Below, piece by piece: positions 1-11,150 of a stretch of DNA of 64,000 nucleotides. Each line of letters opens with the position of its first letter. The stretch's first letter is position 1. This stretch comes from Macrostomum lignano. Lineage: Eukaryota. The position numbers and the translations under genes were made by a program. Location of the stretch: NCBI GenBank assembly GCA_002269645.1, contig NIVC01002078.1, forward strand, positions 62,001-126,000. Direction: 5' to 3'. The notes under the pieces are model-generated. The model had not been told where the DNA came from and searched no databases. It was given only the letters and a program-made list of their open reading frames with translations.

Positions 1-2386
1 GTAACAGGCGATTCTTGAGATTGAGAGTAGAGGGCGATTCTTGAATTTGATACTGAAGGGCGATTCTTGAAGTTGATAGTAAAGGGCGATTCTTGAAGTT
101 GATAGTAAAGGGCGATTCTTGAGGTTGAGAGTAACGGGCGATTCTTGACAATGAGAGTAAAGGGCGATTCTTGAGGTTGAGAGTAACAGGCGATTCTTGA
201 GATTGAGAGTAGAGGGCGATTCTTGAATTTGATACTGAAGGGCGATTCTTGAGGTTGAGAGTAAAGGGCGATTCTTGAAGTTGATAGTAAAGGGCGATTC
301 TTGAAGTTGATAGTAAAGGGCGATTCTTGAGAATAAGAGTAAAGGGCGATTCTTGAGAATAAGAGTAAAGGGCGATTCTTGGGAATGAGAGTAAAGGGCG
401 ATTCTTGAAGTTGATAGTGAAGGGCGATTCTTGAGGTTGAGAGTAAAGGGCGATTCTTGAGAATAAGAGTAAAGGGCGATTCTTGGGAATGAGAGTAAAG
501 GGCGATTCTTGAAGTTGATAGTGAAGGGCGATTCTTGAGGTTGATAGTAAAGGGCGATTCTTGACAATGAGAGTAAAGGGCGATTCTTGAGAATAAGAGT
601 AAAGGGCGATTCTTGGGAATGAGAGTAAAGGGCGATTCTTGAAGTTGATAGTGAAGGGCGATTCTTGAGGTTGAGAGTAAAGGGCGATTCTTGAAGTTGA
701 TAGTAAAGGGCGATTCTTGAAGTTGATAGTAAAGGGCGATTCTTGAGGTTGAGAGTAACGGGCGATTCTTGACAATGAGAGTAAAGGGCGATTCTTGAGG
801 TTGAGAGTAACAGGCGATTCTTGAGATTGAGAGTAGAGGGCGATTCTTGAATTTGATACTGAAGGGCGATTCTTGAGGTTGAGAGTAAAGGGCGATTCTT
901 GAAGTTGATAGTAAATGGCGATTCTTGAAGTTGATAGTAAAGGGCGATTCTTGAGGTTGAGAGTAACGGGCGATTCTTGACAATGAGAGTAAAGGGCGAT
1001 TCTTGAGGTTGAGAGTAACAGGCGATTCTTGAGATTGAGAGTAGAGGGCGATTCTTGAATTTGATACTGAAGGGCGATTCTTGAGGTTGAGAGTAAAGGG
1101 CGATTCTTGAAGTTGATAGTAAAGGGCGATTCTTGAAGTTGATAGTAAAGGGCGATTCTTGAGGTTGAGAGTAACGGGCGATTCTTGACAATGAGAGTAA
1201 AGGGCGATTCTTGAGGTTGAGAGTAACAGGCGATTCTTGAGATTGAGAGTAGAGGGCGATTCTTGAATTTGATACTGAAGGGCGATTCTTGAGGTTGAGA
1301 GTAAAGGGCGATTCTTGAAGTTGATAGTAAAGGGCGATTCTTGAAGTTGATAGTAAAGGGCGATTCTTGAGAATAAGAGTAAAGGGCGATTCTTGAGAAT
1401 AAGAGTAAAGGGCGATTCTTGGGAATGAGAGTAAAGGGCGATTCTTGAAGTTGATAGTGAAGGGCGATTCTTGAGGTTGATAGTAAAGGGCGATTCTTGG
1501 GAATGAGAGTAAAGGGCGATTCTTGAAGTTGATAGTGAAGGGCGATTCTTGAGGTTGATAGTAAAGGGCGATTCTTGACAATGAGAGTAACGGGCGATTC
1601 TTGACAATGAGAGTAAAGGGCGATTCTTGAGGTTGAGAGTAACAGGCGATTCTTGAGATTGAGAGTAGAGGGCGATTCTTGAATTTGATACTGAAGGGCG
1701 ATTCTTGAGGTTGAGAGTAAAGGGCGATTCTTGAAGTTGATAGTAAAGGGCGATTCTTGAAGTTGATAGTAAAGGGCGATTCTTGAGAATAAGAGTAAAT
1801 GGCGATTCTTGAGAATAAGAGTAAAGGGCGATTCTTGGGAATGAGAGTAAAGGGCGATTCTTGAAGTTGATAGTGAAGGGCGATTCTTGAGGTTGATAGT
1901 AAAGGGCGATTCTTGACAATGAGAGTAAAGGGCGATTCTTGAAGTTGATAGTAAAGGGCGATTCTTGAAGTTGATAGTAAAGGGCGATTCTTGAAGTTGA
2001 TAGTAAAGGGCGATTCTTGAGAATAAGAGTAAAGGGCGATTCTTGAGAATAAGAGTAAAGGGCGATTCTTGGGAATGAGAGTAAAGGGCGATTCTTGAAG
2101 TTGATAGTGAAGGGCGATTCTTGAGGTTGAGAGTAAAGGGCGATTCTTGAGAATAAGAGTAAAGGGCGATTCTTGAGAATAAGAGTAAAGGGCGATTCTT
2201 GGGAATGAGAGTAAAGGGCGATTCTTGAAGTTGATAGTGAAGGGCGATTCTTGAGGTTGAGAGTAAAGGGCGATTCTTGATAATGAGAGTAAAGGGCGAT
2301 CCTTGAGAATGAGAGTAAAGGGCGATTCTTGAGGTTGGGAGTAACGGGCGATTCTTGAGATTGAGAGTAAAGGGCGATTCTTGAGG
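1..2386. repeat. 26-bp tandem satellite (GTAAAGGGCGATTCTTGAGGTTGAGA-type) with higher-order structure, in HID1 intron 3
   Basis: About 90 units with invariant core GGGCGATTCTTG; variant units recur in a fixed order. Confidence 0.97.
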
Positions 2387-2406
2387 TGAAATAAAAATCA
2401 TCTAAC

Positions 2407-5400
2407 CTCATCTCGTTCGCCACTCTGGTGCTGCGGACTCCAGAAAAATGTAATCCAGTCGGGCTCCTCGAAGATATAGGGCAAGATTCTGGTTAGCAGG
2501 CGGATGCAGTTGAGGGCTGGAATAAATAGGAGAAAAATATTATTGCATTGTATTAAGATATATTCTTGGCTGTAAAGCACTTCAGGCCTCCAGTTAATAC
2601 GCTTGTACATTAGCATATGGGCATACTGTACTTTAGAGATTCTTATGGACGTACTGTACTTTAGAGATTCTTATGGACATACTGTACTTTAGAGAGATTC
2701 TAATGGACATACTGTACTTTAGAGATTCTTATGGACATACTGTACTTTAGAGATTCTTATGGACATACTGTACTTTAGAGAGATTCTAATGGACATACTG
2801 TACTTTAGAGATTCTTATGGACATACTGTACTTTAGAGATTCTTATGGACATACTGTACTTTAGAGATTCTTATGGACATACTGTACTTTAGAGATTCTT
2901 ATGGACATACTGTACTTTAGAGATTCTTATGGACATACTTATGGACATAATCTACTTTAGAGATTCTTATGGACATACTGTACTGTACTTTAGAGAGATT
3001 CTAATGGACATACTGTACTTTAGAGATTCTTATGGACATACTGTACTTTAGAGATTCTTATGGACATACTGTACTTTAGAGATTCTTATGGACATACTGT
3101 ACTGTACTTTAGAGAGATTCTAATGGACATACTGTACTTTAGAGATTCTTATGGACATACTGTACTTTAGAGATTCTTATGGACATACTGTACTGTACTT
3201 TAGAGAGATTCTTATGGACATACTGTACTTTAGAGATTCTTATGGACATACGATATTTTGCAGGAGATTCTTACGTACTTTCAGGATACTTTTATGGAAT
3301 ATGCTGTACTTTCAGGAGATTCTCATTTATGTATATATAACAGTGTACTTTAAGAGAAACGCAGAAATCTATGTACTTTAGATGCAATTAAAGGAATAAT
3401 CTCATACTTTAACACTCAACCCACCAGTCTGCTGCTCCTTCTGTGTATGATAAGAAGTCTCGGCAATGCTAACCAGCTTCTCAACAGCTTTGTAGCATAG
3501 AGTGGCCAAATTTGATGGAGATTCTTCGCGTAGGGCGCGAATTTCTGCAGCCGGTATAAGGATGAAAATATCCTGCACTGTGGTCTCGAATTCACTCCAG
3601 AATTGGTCCCAGAAGTCGTTGTCTGACGCTTCTACAGGCTGGTTTTTCAGGTTGATTGACAAATTTGCTTATTTAGTAAGCTATTTGGGTAAAATTATAC
3701 TACAGTAGATTTGCTTGTAATTAGGGAATACAAAAAATTCCGAGTTTTGCCAGTCCCGGGATTAACGGGATCAGGATATCCCGGACTTTGAAAATCCTGG
3801 GATTCATGGGATCAGGATATCCCAGACTTTAAAAATCCCGGGATTCACGGGATCAGGATATCCCGGACTTTGAAAATCTGGGGCTTCTCAGGATCAGGAT
3901 ATTCCGGACTTCTAAAAATCCCGGGATCCTGATGAATTAGGCCAAAAAGTACTCTATGTTTTACTTTTTATTTTATTCAAAAAGATGAAGGATTTTTAAG
4001 GATTTCTTCTAACTTTCTAAAACCATATAAATTCTCAAAAATTCATACTAAATAAAAGTGCAGTTTGCTAACAAACATTTCTCTCTGAAAGTAAATATAC
4101 CACTCATTCCTTGTTGCAAAATAATCTTTAAGTTGTATAGTATTGCATATAATGCATATTGCATATTTAGGCTCAAAATTTTTGAGTAAAAAATGGTACC
4201 ACAAAATATAAACCTGGCATCCAAATTAAATGCTTCCTATATGCTTAATAATCAACAAAGAACAATAAAATTGCACTTAAATATATACTTAAATTATTCT
4301 ATCCTTAAGCTGATCCCAAATCCCACAATTATTCAGTCCTTAAACTATGTATCATTGCAGCATGTATGCAAGAAAAAAGAATTTTCTGAATTGCTTCAGT
4401 AGAAACTAAATAAAATGCATTTTTTATCCTTATACAAATTCCTATGTGTTACCCAGCTTCCAAATCAGATGCTTCCTATATGCTTATTGAGCAACAAGAA
4501 CAATGAAATGGGTCATTCCACAATAATAGGGTCTGACTCATCATGTTTTTGAACTTTAAGCACTTGTAACTTTTTGAACCATAGTAGATAAAAAAAGCTG
4601 CAAAAAGCAATATATGTCAAACTTATAACTGAATATATACTATATAGCAGAGCAAAAACTATGCTAATGGTTTTTCATCACCAATGGCAACTGTCTAAAA
4701 ATGTTTAAAATGTCTAAAAAGTAATGCTACTTTTTTAAGTTTATTATTCAATGACTATAAAAAGAGAAGAAAACAATTCATCTTACAATAAAATAGGCCT
4801 AGATGATCAGAATTAAACTTGGTCTTTAGAATTAGATCAATAGTTATATAATTACTTATAATATTATTTGATAAATTATGCAAAATGTTTTCAGTGCTTT
4901 TTATAGGCATAGGCTTTTAAAGCATTCTATTTCAAGATAGTTAGGCCTAAGAGTAAAATAATTTTTGACAAATGATCTTTAACATAAATTAGTTTTTTTT
5001 AATTTGAATGCATATAAATTGGATTTCTAAATGCCACCATCACTTTGTTGATACCCTGTCGCTTCACATCATCACTTAGAATATCAACTGAGTTGAATGT
5101 TGAATTCTTTGATTAAATGATTAAATTAAATTAAATTAATCAATAACTTTTTGCCAACAAATTAAAAGTAGTAAAAAAACTTTTAACAGTCAATGACAAA
5201 AATGAGATTAATTGTATGTAAGGGTTTCACCACAGACCAATAAGTATAACTAGACTGCGCGTGTGGGGCAAGAAATGTGTGCCTCTTTCCAAGTAGGAAA
5301 AATGGCACCCCAGCTCCCACCCCCTCACGATCGATATTTTTGGCTTCCTTTCCCTTCCAACCCCTCTGTCATTGGGCCCGCTGTATTAATTGTTGCCTTT

Positions 5401-8400
5401 TGCCATGGAACACGGATTGCTAACCATTTAACCAACTTTATGTGCAACTAGCAATTTAACAGTTTAAATCCAGTATTATTTTTCGATTTATTAAAAACTA
5501 AAAAACCGTACAAAAACGCTTGCAGACAAAATGAGACCTTTTTGTTGTTGCTGATAGCATAGAAGCAGTAATAAAAGTATATAAATAGCTCACCTGGTTT
5601 CGAATATACTATAGATTAAGAAATATCGCTGCTCGAAGTAGTCTCTGCCTCCTTCCTGGTCTTCTTCCTGCGCGAGAAAGTTCTTTAGCTAGTTTTTTCA
5701 TTCTGATCTTTATGAAGAGCCCGGCCATGACTCGAATTAAATGGAGCTTGTGCGACTCAATGCCGCTGCTTGCGGATGCCGAATGCGAGTCAAGCTCAGG
5801 GAATAGATTGCTCGACATGCGCAAAGTCTCGTGAACTGCTACGTCACTGGAGAATTGGCTGTTATAGCTGGCACGTCGAATAACAGACTCAGCACTGAGC
5901 AGCACACGGAAGACATCGCTGCTGGGAAAAATCAAGCCGCCAGTTCCTTTCTTGTTCAAAACATTCTTCAAGGCAACAAGTGAGCAAGGGGCACGAAAAG
6001 CTGGTGGCATCTCGGAGCTGGCAGTCAGAGCTGACCTGCACGTAGCACATTCGACAACTTTCAACATGCTTCGCACAACTGCTCTGGCAATATAGTACAC
6101 AATAGACTGGCAAATCTCACAATTAGATGCATTCATGCAGTGCTGGATGGATTCAAGACTCAGTCCCATATCATTCTGAACTTTCATCTTCCACTGCTTC
6201 TGTGCTGATTCAGCTGATGATGGTAGGCATGACAAGGACAGTTGAATGGTGGCATCCTGCTGCTTCACATTCAGGCTGACAGACTGGAGAATCCCACCTC
6301 CGGCATGCACCAGCAGCTGCCTAAATGCCGAGCGAAACTGCTTTGGTGTCGGGTTGTGGTTCCAGCCATTTCGAAGCCTGACTGCATTAAAGAATAGTTC
6401 TAGAAAGTCCTGAGACAGCTTGTAAGTGCAAAGAAAGAAGAATTCGCCAGTTGAAAATAAATACTTGGCAAGCGCAATAACGGCATGGCAATTGGTGATG
6501 AAGCCTAAAAATCCTGTCTTCTTTGCAGTGTCAACGATTTTGCATCTAGCTGGAGTTTCTAAGCTCTTGAGAAGCTGGATCGAGTCAGTGAAGAAGTCAA
6601 TCCAGTCAGACTGGTTGTCAGCTCTTAGAGCCATTTTAGCCCCATAATTTACCAGTCGCTTCGAGTTGAACGCATCGAACAGATCATTGATGTGCTCAAT
6701 AAAATCTGCTGTCACTAATACATCGGAATGATCAAATCCGGCCAAGCCTTGCTTGTGCACCCATCGTAATGAGTCAGCCACCGACTTACTAAAAAGTTGT
6801 GAGGCCAAATAAAATTTCATCTTTAAATTAGCAAAGTTAATGTGATGCCTGCTCAGCTTATTGCCCAGTCTGAGTCCATGGCTCTCCTGTACTTGCTGCA
6901 ACATGCACACATATTTCCAATCAATATTTCCTCTGTCCGGCCAAACAAATGTTCCCAGGGACTGCCACTGGTTTCGAATCAGCTTCAACATGTGCGGCAC
7001 ATCCAAGAAGGCTGAAACCTGAATGCCGGGATCGCAGGGGTGTGGGAAAGAGGCAACTATCTCATTGGGAGAGCTTATTCTGGCACCAAGAAGCTCGATC
7101 GCTCGAATATTGTGCTGAGTCCCATCGCATGTAAATGATGAGGCAATAACGCCAACCTGGTAGAGCCGCTGGATTGATTCCTCTACGAAACTTGAAAGAA
7201 ATTCGCCATCAACTCCGCTCACTAGAAAATATCCTAAAGGTAGCTTCCAATAGCTCTTGAGACCCACTGCCATCACTACCAATGCTGAAGTTGCCTCCTG
7301 ATCAGTTGACTTGCCATCACCTTTGTCAACATAGCCAAAGAAACTGCCTTCATTTGAATTCCACTCAACCATCGCTTCCAGTGACATTTCATCAGCTACA
7401 ACGTTGCAGTAGTCGAAGGATCGGTCATCATTGGAGCTGCGTCGCCGAGAAAGTTCCTGAAAGGCTTGGTCACAAAATCCTGGAAGGCATTTCGCATTCG
7501 AGAGCCATCTTCTAAGCGAAGCTGGATGCGGAAGCTGAAAGTACTGTCTCACATACGCATAGGCCTTCGGGCTGTAAAAGTGCAATGTGGAGGCGAATTT
7601 CCGCACTTCGTGGGAGAATATTCTTGTCCTCTTGGTAATCTTGCTTGGCAAAATGCTGCTAAGCAGTGAATCGGAGGTCAAGAAATTCAGCCGAGATGCA
7701 GCAGCTTCATTCAAAATACATTTGGCCCTTAACTCTCGAATCACATCTTTCAGGGTCTTGGCTCTTTGTTTAATTTGCCTATGCTTTGAGCGCAGTGATC
7801 GAATTTTGCGGTACTTGCTCTGGAGCGACCACCTTAAGATTTCAACAGCCTTTGCACTTTTCTTGAACCGGCTATGAGTAGATAGAAGCCTTCTGTATCT
7901 GCGCCGAAGATTTTTAAGTGCTCTCACCTTCTTGTCGAATTCTTCTCTGGGCACGCAGTTAACATGGATGTCCGGTCCAGGATCTTCATCTTCCTTGGCA
8001 GCCACTGGAGCTTCCGGCTCGCTGCTCTCTGTTGATTTACAAAATGCAGCGAAATCAACTTCGCGAGCTGCGGCCGCGGTGGCAGTCTTCCGTTTCTTCT
8101 CAGCTTTCGGCTGCAGATGGTCAGGGAACGCCGGGAAGATGGAAGGAATGGCATTTGGATATAGCCGTCTTTTGACGCTAGGCAGAAAGCCTGCAAATTG
8201 CTCTTTGAAGCAAGATTCCTCAAAATGCATTGAGCAGACTTGCGTGGATGGCGATGGCTCAAAATCTTTTCTTCTCAGCGCTATCAGCCACTTTTTCCTT
8301 ATTTCCTTGTCCTTTGGAAAAGTATGAAAGGACACTCCCGCCAAAGACATTGCTGAGTTGTTCGAGCAGCCAGCAGCGCAGCAAAAGCTGCCGTAATTTC

Positions 8401-11150
8401 CTTTTCTTTTCCTCGGCAATTTAGAAGATTCAGGTTGTTCTTCCATTTCGTTTTGAGAAATTATTAATTTTTTAATAACTTTGCTTAGCTGTTTAAGGTT
8501 AGTATAGCATTGCTATTGTGGTCCCCAAGCCGCATTAATATACATGTTAATTTAAAAAAGGCCAGTGCAGACAGCTGAAGAAGGGCCAGTCTTCCCCAAG
8601 CCAAAAATATCGATCGTTTTGGGCTGGGATAGAGAGGACCATTTTTTGCTTTGTCATTTTGTCAAAAAACGAGCCCACACAAGCAATGCTGGATGCGCAG
8701 TCTAGTTATACTTATTGGTCTGTGGGTTTCACAACAGATATTCACTCGTGATTGGTCATGATTAGTTGCCATATATACAACTATACACTCACTGACTCAC
8801 TGACTCAGGTACAATCTATGCAAGATAAAGGCAGGAATCTTTAAAAATCAAATACTGAAGACAGTTTAAGAGAAGTCTAGGTTTAAACTGGACATGACTA
8901 GAATTTGATGAGATTCTGATGAATAATAAGGACACAGCAGCTGCATAGATATTGTCTATTGATAAAAAATATGTGAAATTTCTGAATGTGAGTTTGTGCA
9001 AAGCAATGTTTAGTGTCAAATATCTCAGCATCAAAGCTGTCTTTTGCGACACCTGAGGTGTCATTTTAAAGCTAAGACATGCGTAAAGAGTAAATCAAAG
9101 CATTTTTTAATTGAGTATCTGCTTTTAGGCTGCTACAATCAAAACAATTTCAGTCAACGGTAAAGCGATGTCTAATCAGAGTGTTGCTAAGCAATTTTTA
9201 AATCAATGTATGTCAGAAGGATTTTTTACTTCAGTTAATAAATGAAAGCTTATTTGACACCCAACACTTGCGTAAATATTTGCCAAAAAGATGGTTGAAG
9301 CGGGTCAATTTTGTTTGTTACAGACAATCGTTTTGAATGTCTGTTTGAAATCTGTAGTGAAACCCTTATATATTAATTGTTAATAATAAAAAGGAAAAAA
9401 AGATATTCAAATTTTGTTTTGTTTTTTTTAAGAAAAATAGAACCATATTTACATAATTTTAAACTTATTACTCAAGTAGAGTCTCAATTTAAGTATTAAA
9501 CAGTAATTAACTATCTAGTTTTAAAGCAAAAAATTTAATTTTGCGTGATTATCAATTTTTAAAAAATTATTTGTAGCACATTGATAGTGTATACTAATTG
9601 GAATTTCAATTTAGCAGAATTAGCGGTGCTAATAAGGCACGCCGCTAATAAGACATCAGTGGCACTTTAGTGGAATTTAAATTTAGTGGCACTAGTGCCT
9701 ATCACTGCAATTTTGAATTTTTTTATTGAAAAATTTAATATATATATGAAGAGAAATCAAACTAATTATATGGTTTTCTTTCTGTGCAGATTGTTTTGAA
9801 TTGTCCCTGTATATTCAGACATATAAACCATAAACCTATAGAGAATCCTTATGAAATATTGACTATGAGAAAAGCAGAGATATTCACTAGTCTAGATACA
9901 ATTGGAATTGGATTAGAAAAAAATATAATAAATTCAAAAGATTGCAATTCTAGTATGTTAAATAAACAAAATTCAATAAAGCAATACTTAATCATTGCAA
10001 AAAAATATTAAAAGTTAAGGTTTGATATCCTTATCAGGCCATACTAGGCTAGGCCATAGCCGTAACTAGGGCTACGGAATCCTAGGGCAAATGTGGTAAA
10101 ATAGGTGCCTATAGCAGCTACGGATACGCCTATGGTAGCTAGCTGCTCTTATGGCTATGACTACGGAAATATGGTAGTTGCTGTCACATTCTGTAGATTC
10201 CCGTAGCCATAGTTATTAATGTTAAAAATTGAAAAAATATTAGAAACAGGTAGAGTAAAACAAAGATACTTTTAGTAAACTATATTATCAACCTAAAAAC
10301 TTATAAAATATACCTAAAAAGTAAAATAAAAGGCAAATAAAACACTAGCAAACTCTAATTTTTATAAATGTGAAAAACTTTAGCATTAGTACTTTCAATA
10401 ATGATTAAGTATTGTTGCTCTAAAAAAAGATGAAATATAATCTTACAAAGACAATTATATTAAGTGTTTGTTTTATTTTCTAATTTAATTTGCAGTTGTT
10501 TAAGCACTAGGTTATCTTTTTGATTCAAAATATTTTGTTTTTTAGACTTTTTGTTAAAACTATAGCTATGGCTATGGGAACTATAGGAATATAGCAATTT
10601 TGGGGTCTCTATGGCTATGGAATACAGAGAATTGGAGTAAGCTGTAGTTTTGCTTATGGCTATGGCTATGGTACATGGACCCTCCTTATGGCAAAATACT
10701 AAAAATTAGCAAAGTAATTTACTATTTAAAAACAAATGGCTATCACCAAAAGGTATTTTTCTTGCAACCAAAATGACTTTTGCTTGTCACCAAAATGAGT
10801 GCAACTGAAATGTCTTGTTACCAAAACAACTGTAATTCATATAAATCAACTATTAGTATAAATAATCTACAGACTACAAATAGCTTTATTTTGTCGTAAT
10901 ACTATATATATTGATCAATTTAAAAATCTTTTGGAGAGTTCTAAACTACATATAAACTAATTTAATTATTTTTAAAGATACATCACTTTTTATAAGGGAA
11001 TAAATATCAATACTATAAATACTCTTTTCTATGATTATGCATGTACAAGTATCGTATTGCCAATTGAAGAAACAACCTGCTTACCTGAGTCCTAGTGGTA
11101 AGCTGAATAACAGCTTTCCGATAGTTTAGTTTGGTATTTTCATTTCCCAT
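2407..11150 (-). CDS. HID1: HID1 (Dymeclin/HID-1 family Golgi protein), first three coding exons: 11150-11085, 3638-3425, 2516-2407; gene continues beyond window start
   Basis: Spliced translation MGNENTKLNYRKAVIQLTTRTQ|PVEASDNDFWDQFWSEFETTVQDIFILIPAAEIRALREESPSNLATLCYKAVEKLV...|ALNCIRLLTRILPYIFEEPDWITFFWS closely matches the HID1 N-terminus as I recall it. All junctions are GT-AG with compatible phases (0,1,0). N-terminal MG fits the known myristoylation. Confidence 0.95.
2621..3380. repeat. 28-bp minisatellite (GGACATACTGTACTTTAGAGATTCTTAT) filling HID1 intron 2
   Basis: Directly visible tandem units with +GA and +CTGTA length variants. Confidence 0.95.
3755..3930. repeat. 41-bp short tandem repeat (about 4.5 copies)
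   Basis: CCCGGGATTCACGGGATCAGGATATCCCGGACTTTGAAAAT-like units spaced 41 bp apart (e.g. 3796, 3837). Confidence 0.85.
5231..8724 (-). mobile_element. Full-length P-element superfamily (THAP9-like) DNA transposon, 3494 bp
   Basis: Perfect 30-bp TIRs CACAGACCAATAAGTATAACTAGACTGCGC (5231-5260 / 8695-8724). 8-bp TSD GGTTTCAC (5223-5230 / 8725-8732). 19-bp subterminal inverted repeat CGATCGATATTTTTGGCTT (~5328 / ~8598-8616). One long internal transposase ORF. Confidence 0.95.
5609..8446 (-). CDS. THAP-domain P-element transposase, 945 aa, uninterrupted
   Basis: THAP C2CH finger (CCAAGCSN...KWL...VCSMHF...AIPSIF), coiled coil, and RNase H-like catalytic motifs ADEMSL, TCDGTQHN, DVPHMLK (DxxH) and SQDFLELFF. 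Confidence 0.95.
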   Translation of the reverse strand: MEEQPESSKLPRKRKGNYGSFCCAAGCSNNSAMSLAGVSFHTFPKDKEIRKKWLIALRRKDFEPSPSTQVCSMHFEESCFKEQFAGFLPSVKRRLYPNAIPSIFPAFPDHLQPKAEKKRKTATAAAAREVDFAAFCKSTESSEPEAPVAAKEDEDPGPDIHVNCVPREEFDKKVRALKNLRRRYRRLLSTHSRFKKSAKAVEILRWSLQSKYRKIRSLRSKHRQIKQRAKTLKDVIRELRAKCILNEAAASRLNFLTSDSLLSSILPSKITKRTRIFSHEVRKFASTLHFYSPKAYAYVRQYFQLPHPASLRRWLSNAKCLPGFCDQAFQELSRRRSSNDDRSFDYCNVVADEMSLEAMVEWNSNEGSFFGYVDKGDGKSTDQEATSALVVMAVGLKSYWKLPLGYFLVSGVDGEFLSSFVEESIQRLYQVGVIASSFTCDGTQHNIRAIELLGARISSPNEIVASFPHPCDPGIQVSAFLDVPHMLKLIRNQWQSLGTFVWPDRGNIDWKYVCMLQQVQESHGLRLGNKLSRHHINFANLKMKFYLASQLFSKSVADSLRWVHKQGLAGFDHSDVLVTADFIEHINDLFDAFNSKRLVNYGAKMALRADNQSDWIDFFTDSIQLLKSLETPARCKIVDTAKKTGFLGFITNCHAVIALAKYLFSTGEFFFLCTYKLSQDFLELFFNAVRLRNGWNHNPTPKQFRSAFRQLLVHAGGGILQSVSLNVKQQDATIQLSLSCLPSSAESAQKQWKMKVQNDMGLSLESIQHCMNASNCEICQSIVYYIARAVVRSMLKVVECATCRSALTASSEMPPAFRAPCSLVALKNVLNKKGTGGLIFPSSDVFRVLLSAESVIRRASYNSQFSSDVAVHETLRMSSNLFPELDSHSASASSGIESHKLHLIRVMAGLFIKIRMKKLAKELSRAGRRPGRRQRLLRAAIFLNL

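Larger units (their letters stand above)
5221..9366. mobile_element. Non-autonomous TIR element (about 644 bp before insertion) interrupted in its left terminus by the P element
   Basis: Removing the P element and one TSD copy gives left end AGGGTTTCACAACAGATATTCA. The right end (ending 9366) reverse-complements to AGGGTTTCACTACAGATTTCA. Both ends are flanked by TA. Confidence 0.65.

Noticed and set aside
1-2386. Regularly spaced conserved core with variable segments resembling a CRISPR array
   Set aside because: Variable parts are a few recurring variants of about 12 nt, not unique spacers; eukaryotic intron context and no cas genes.
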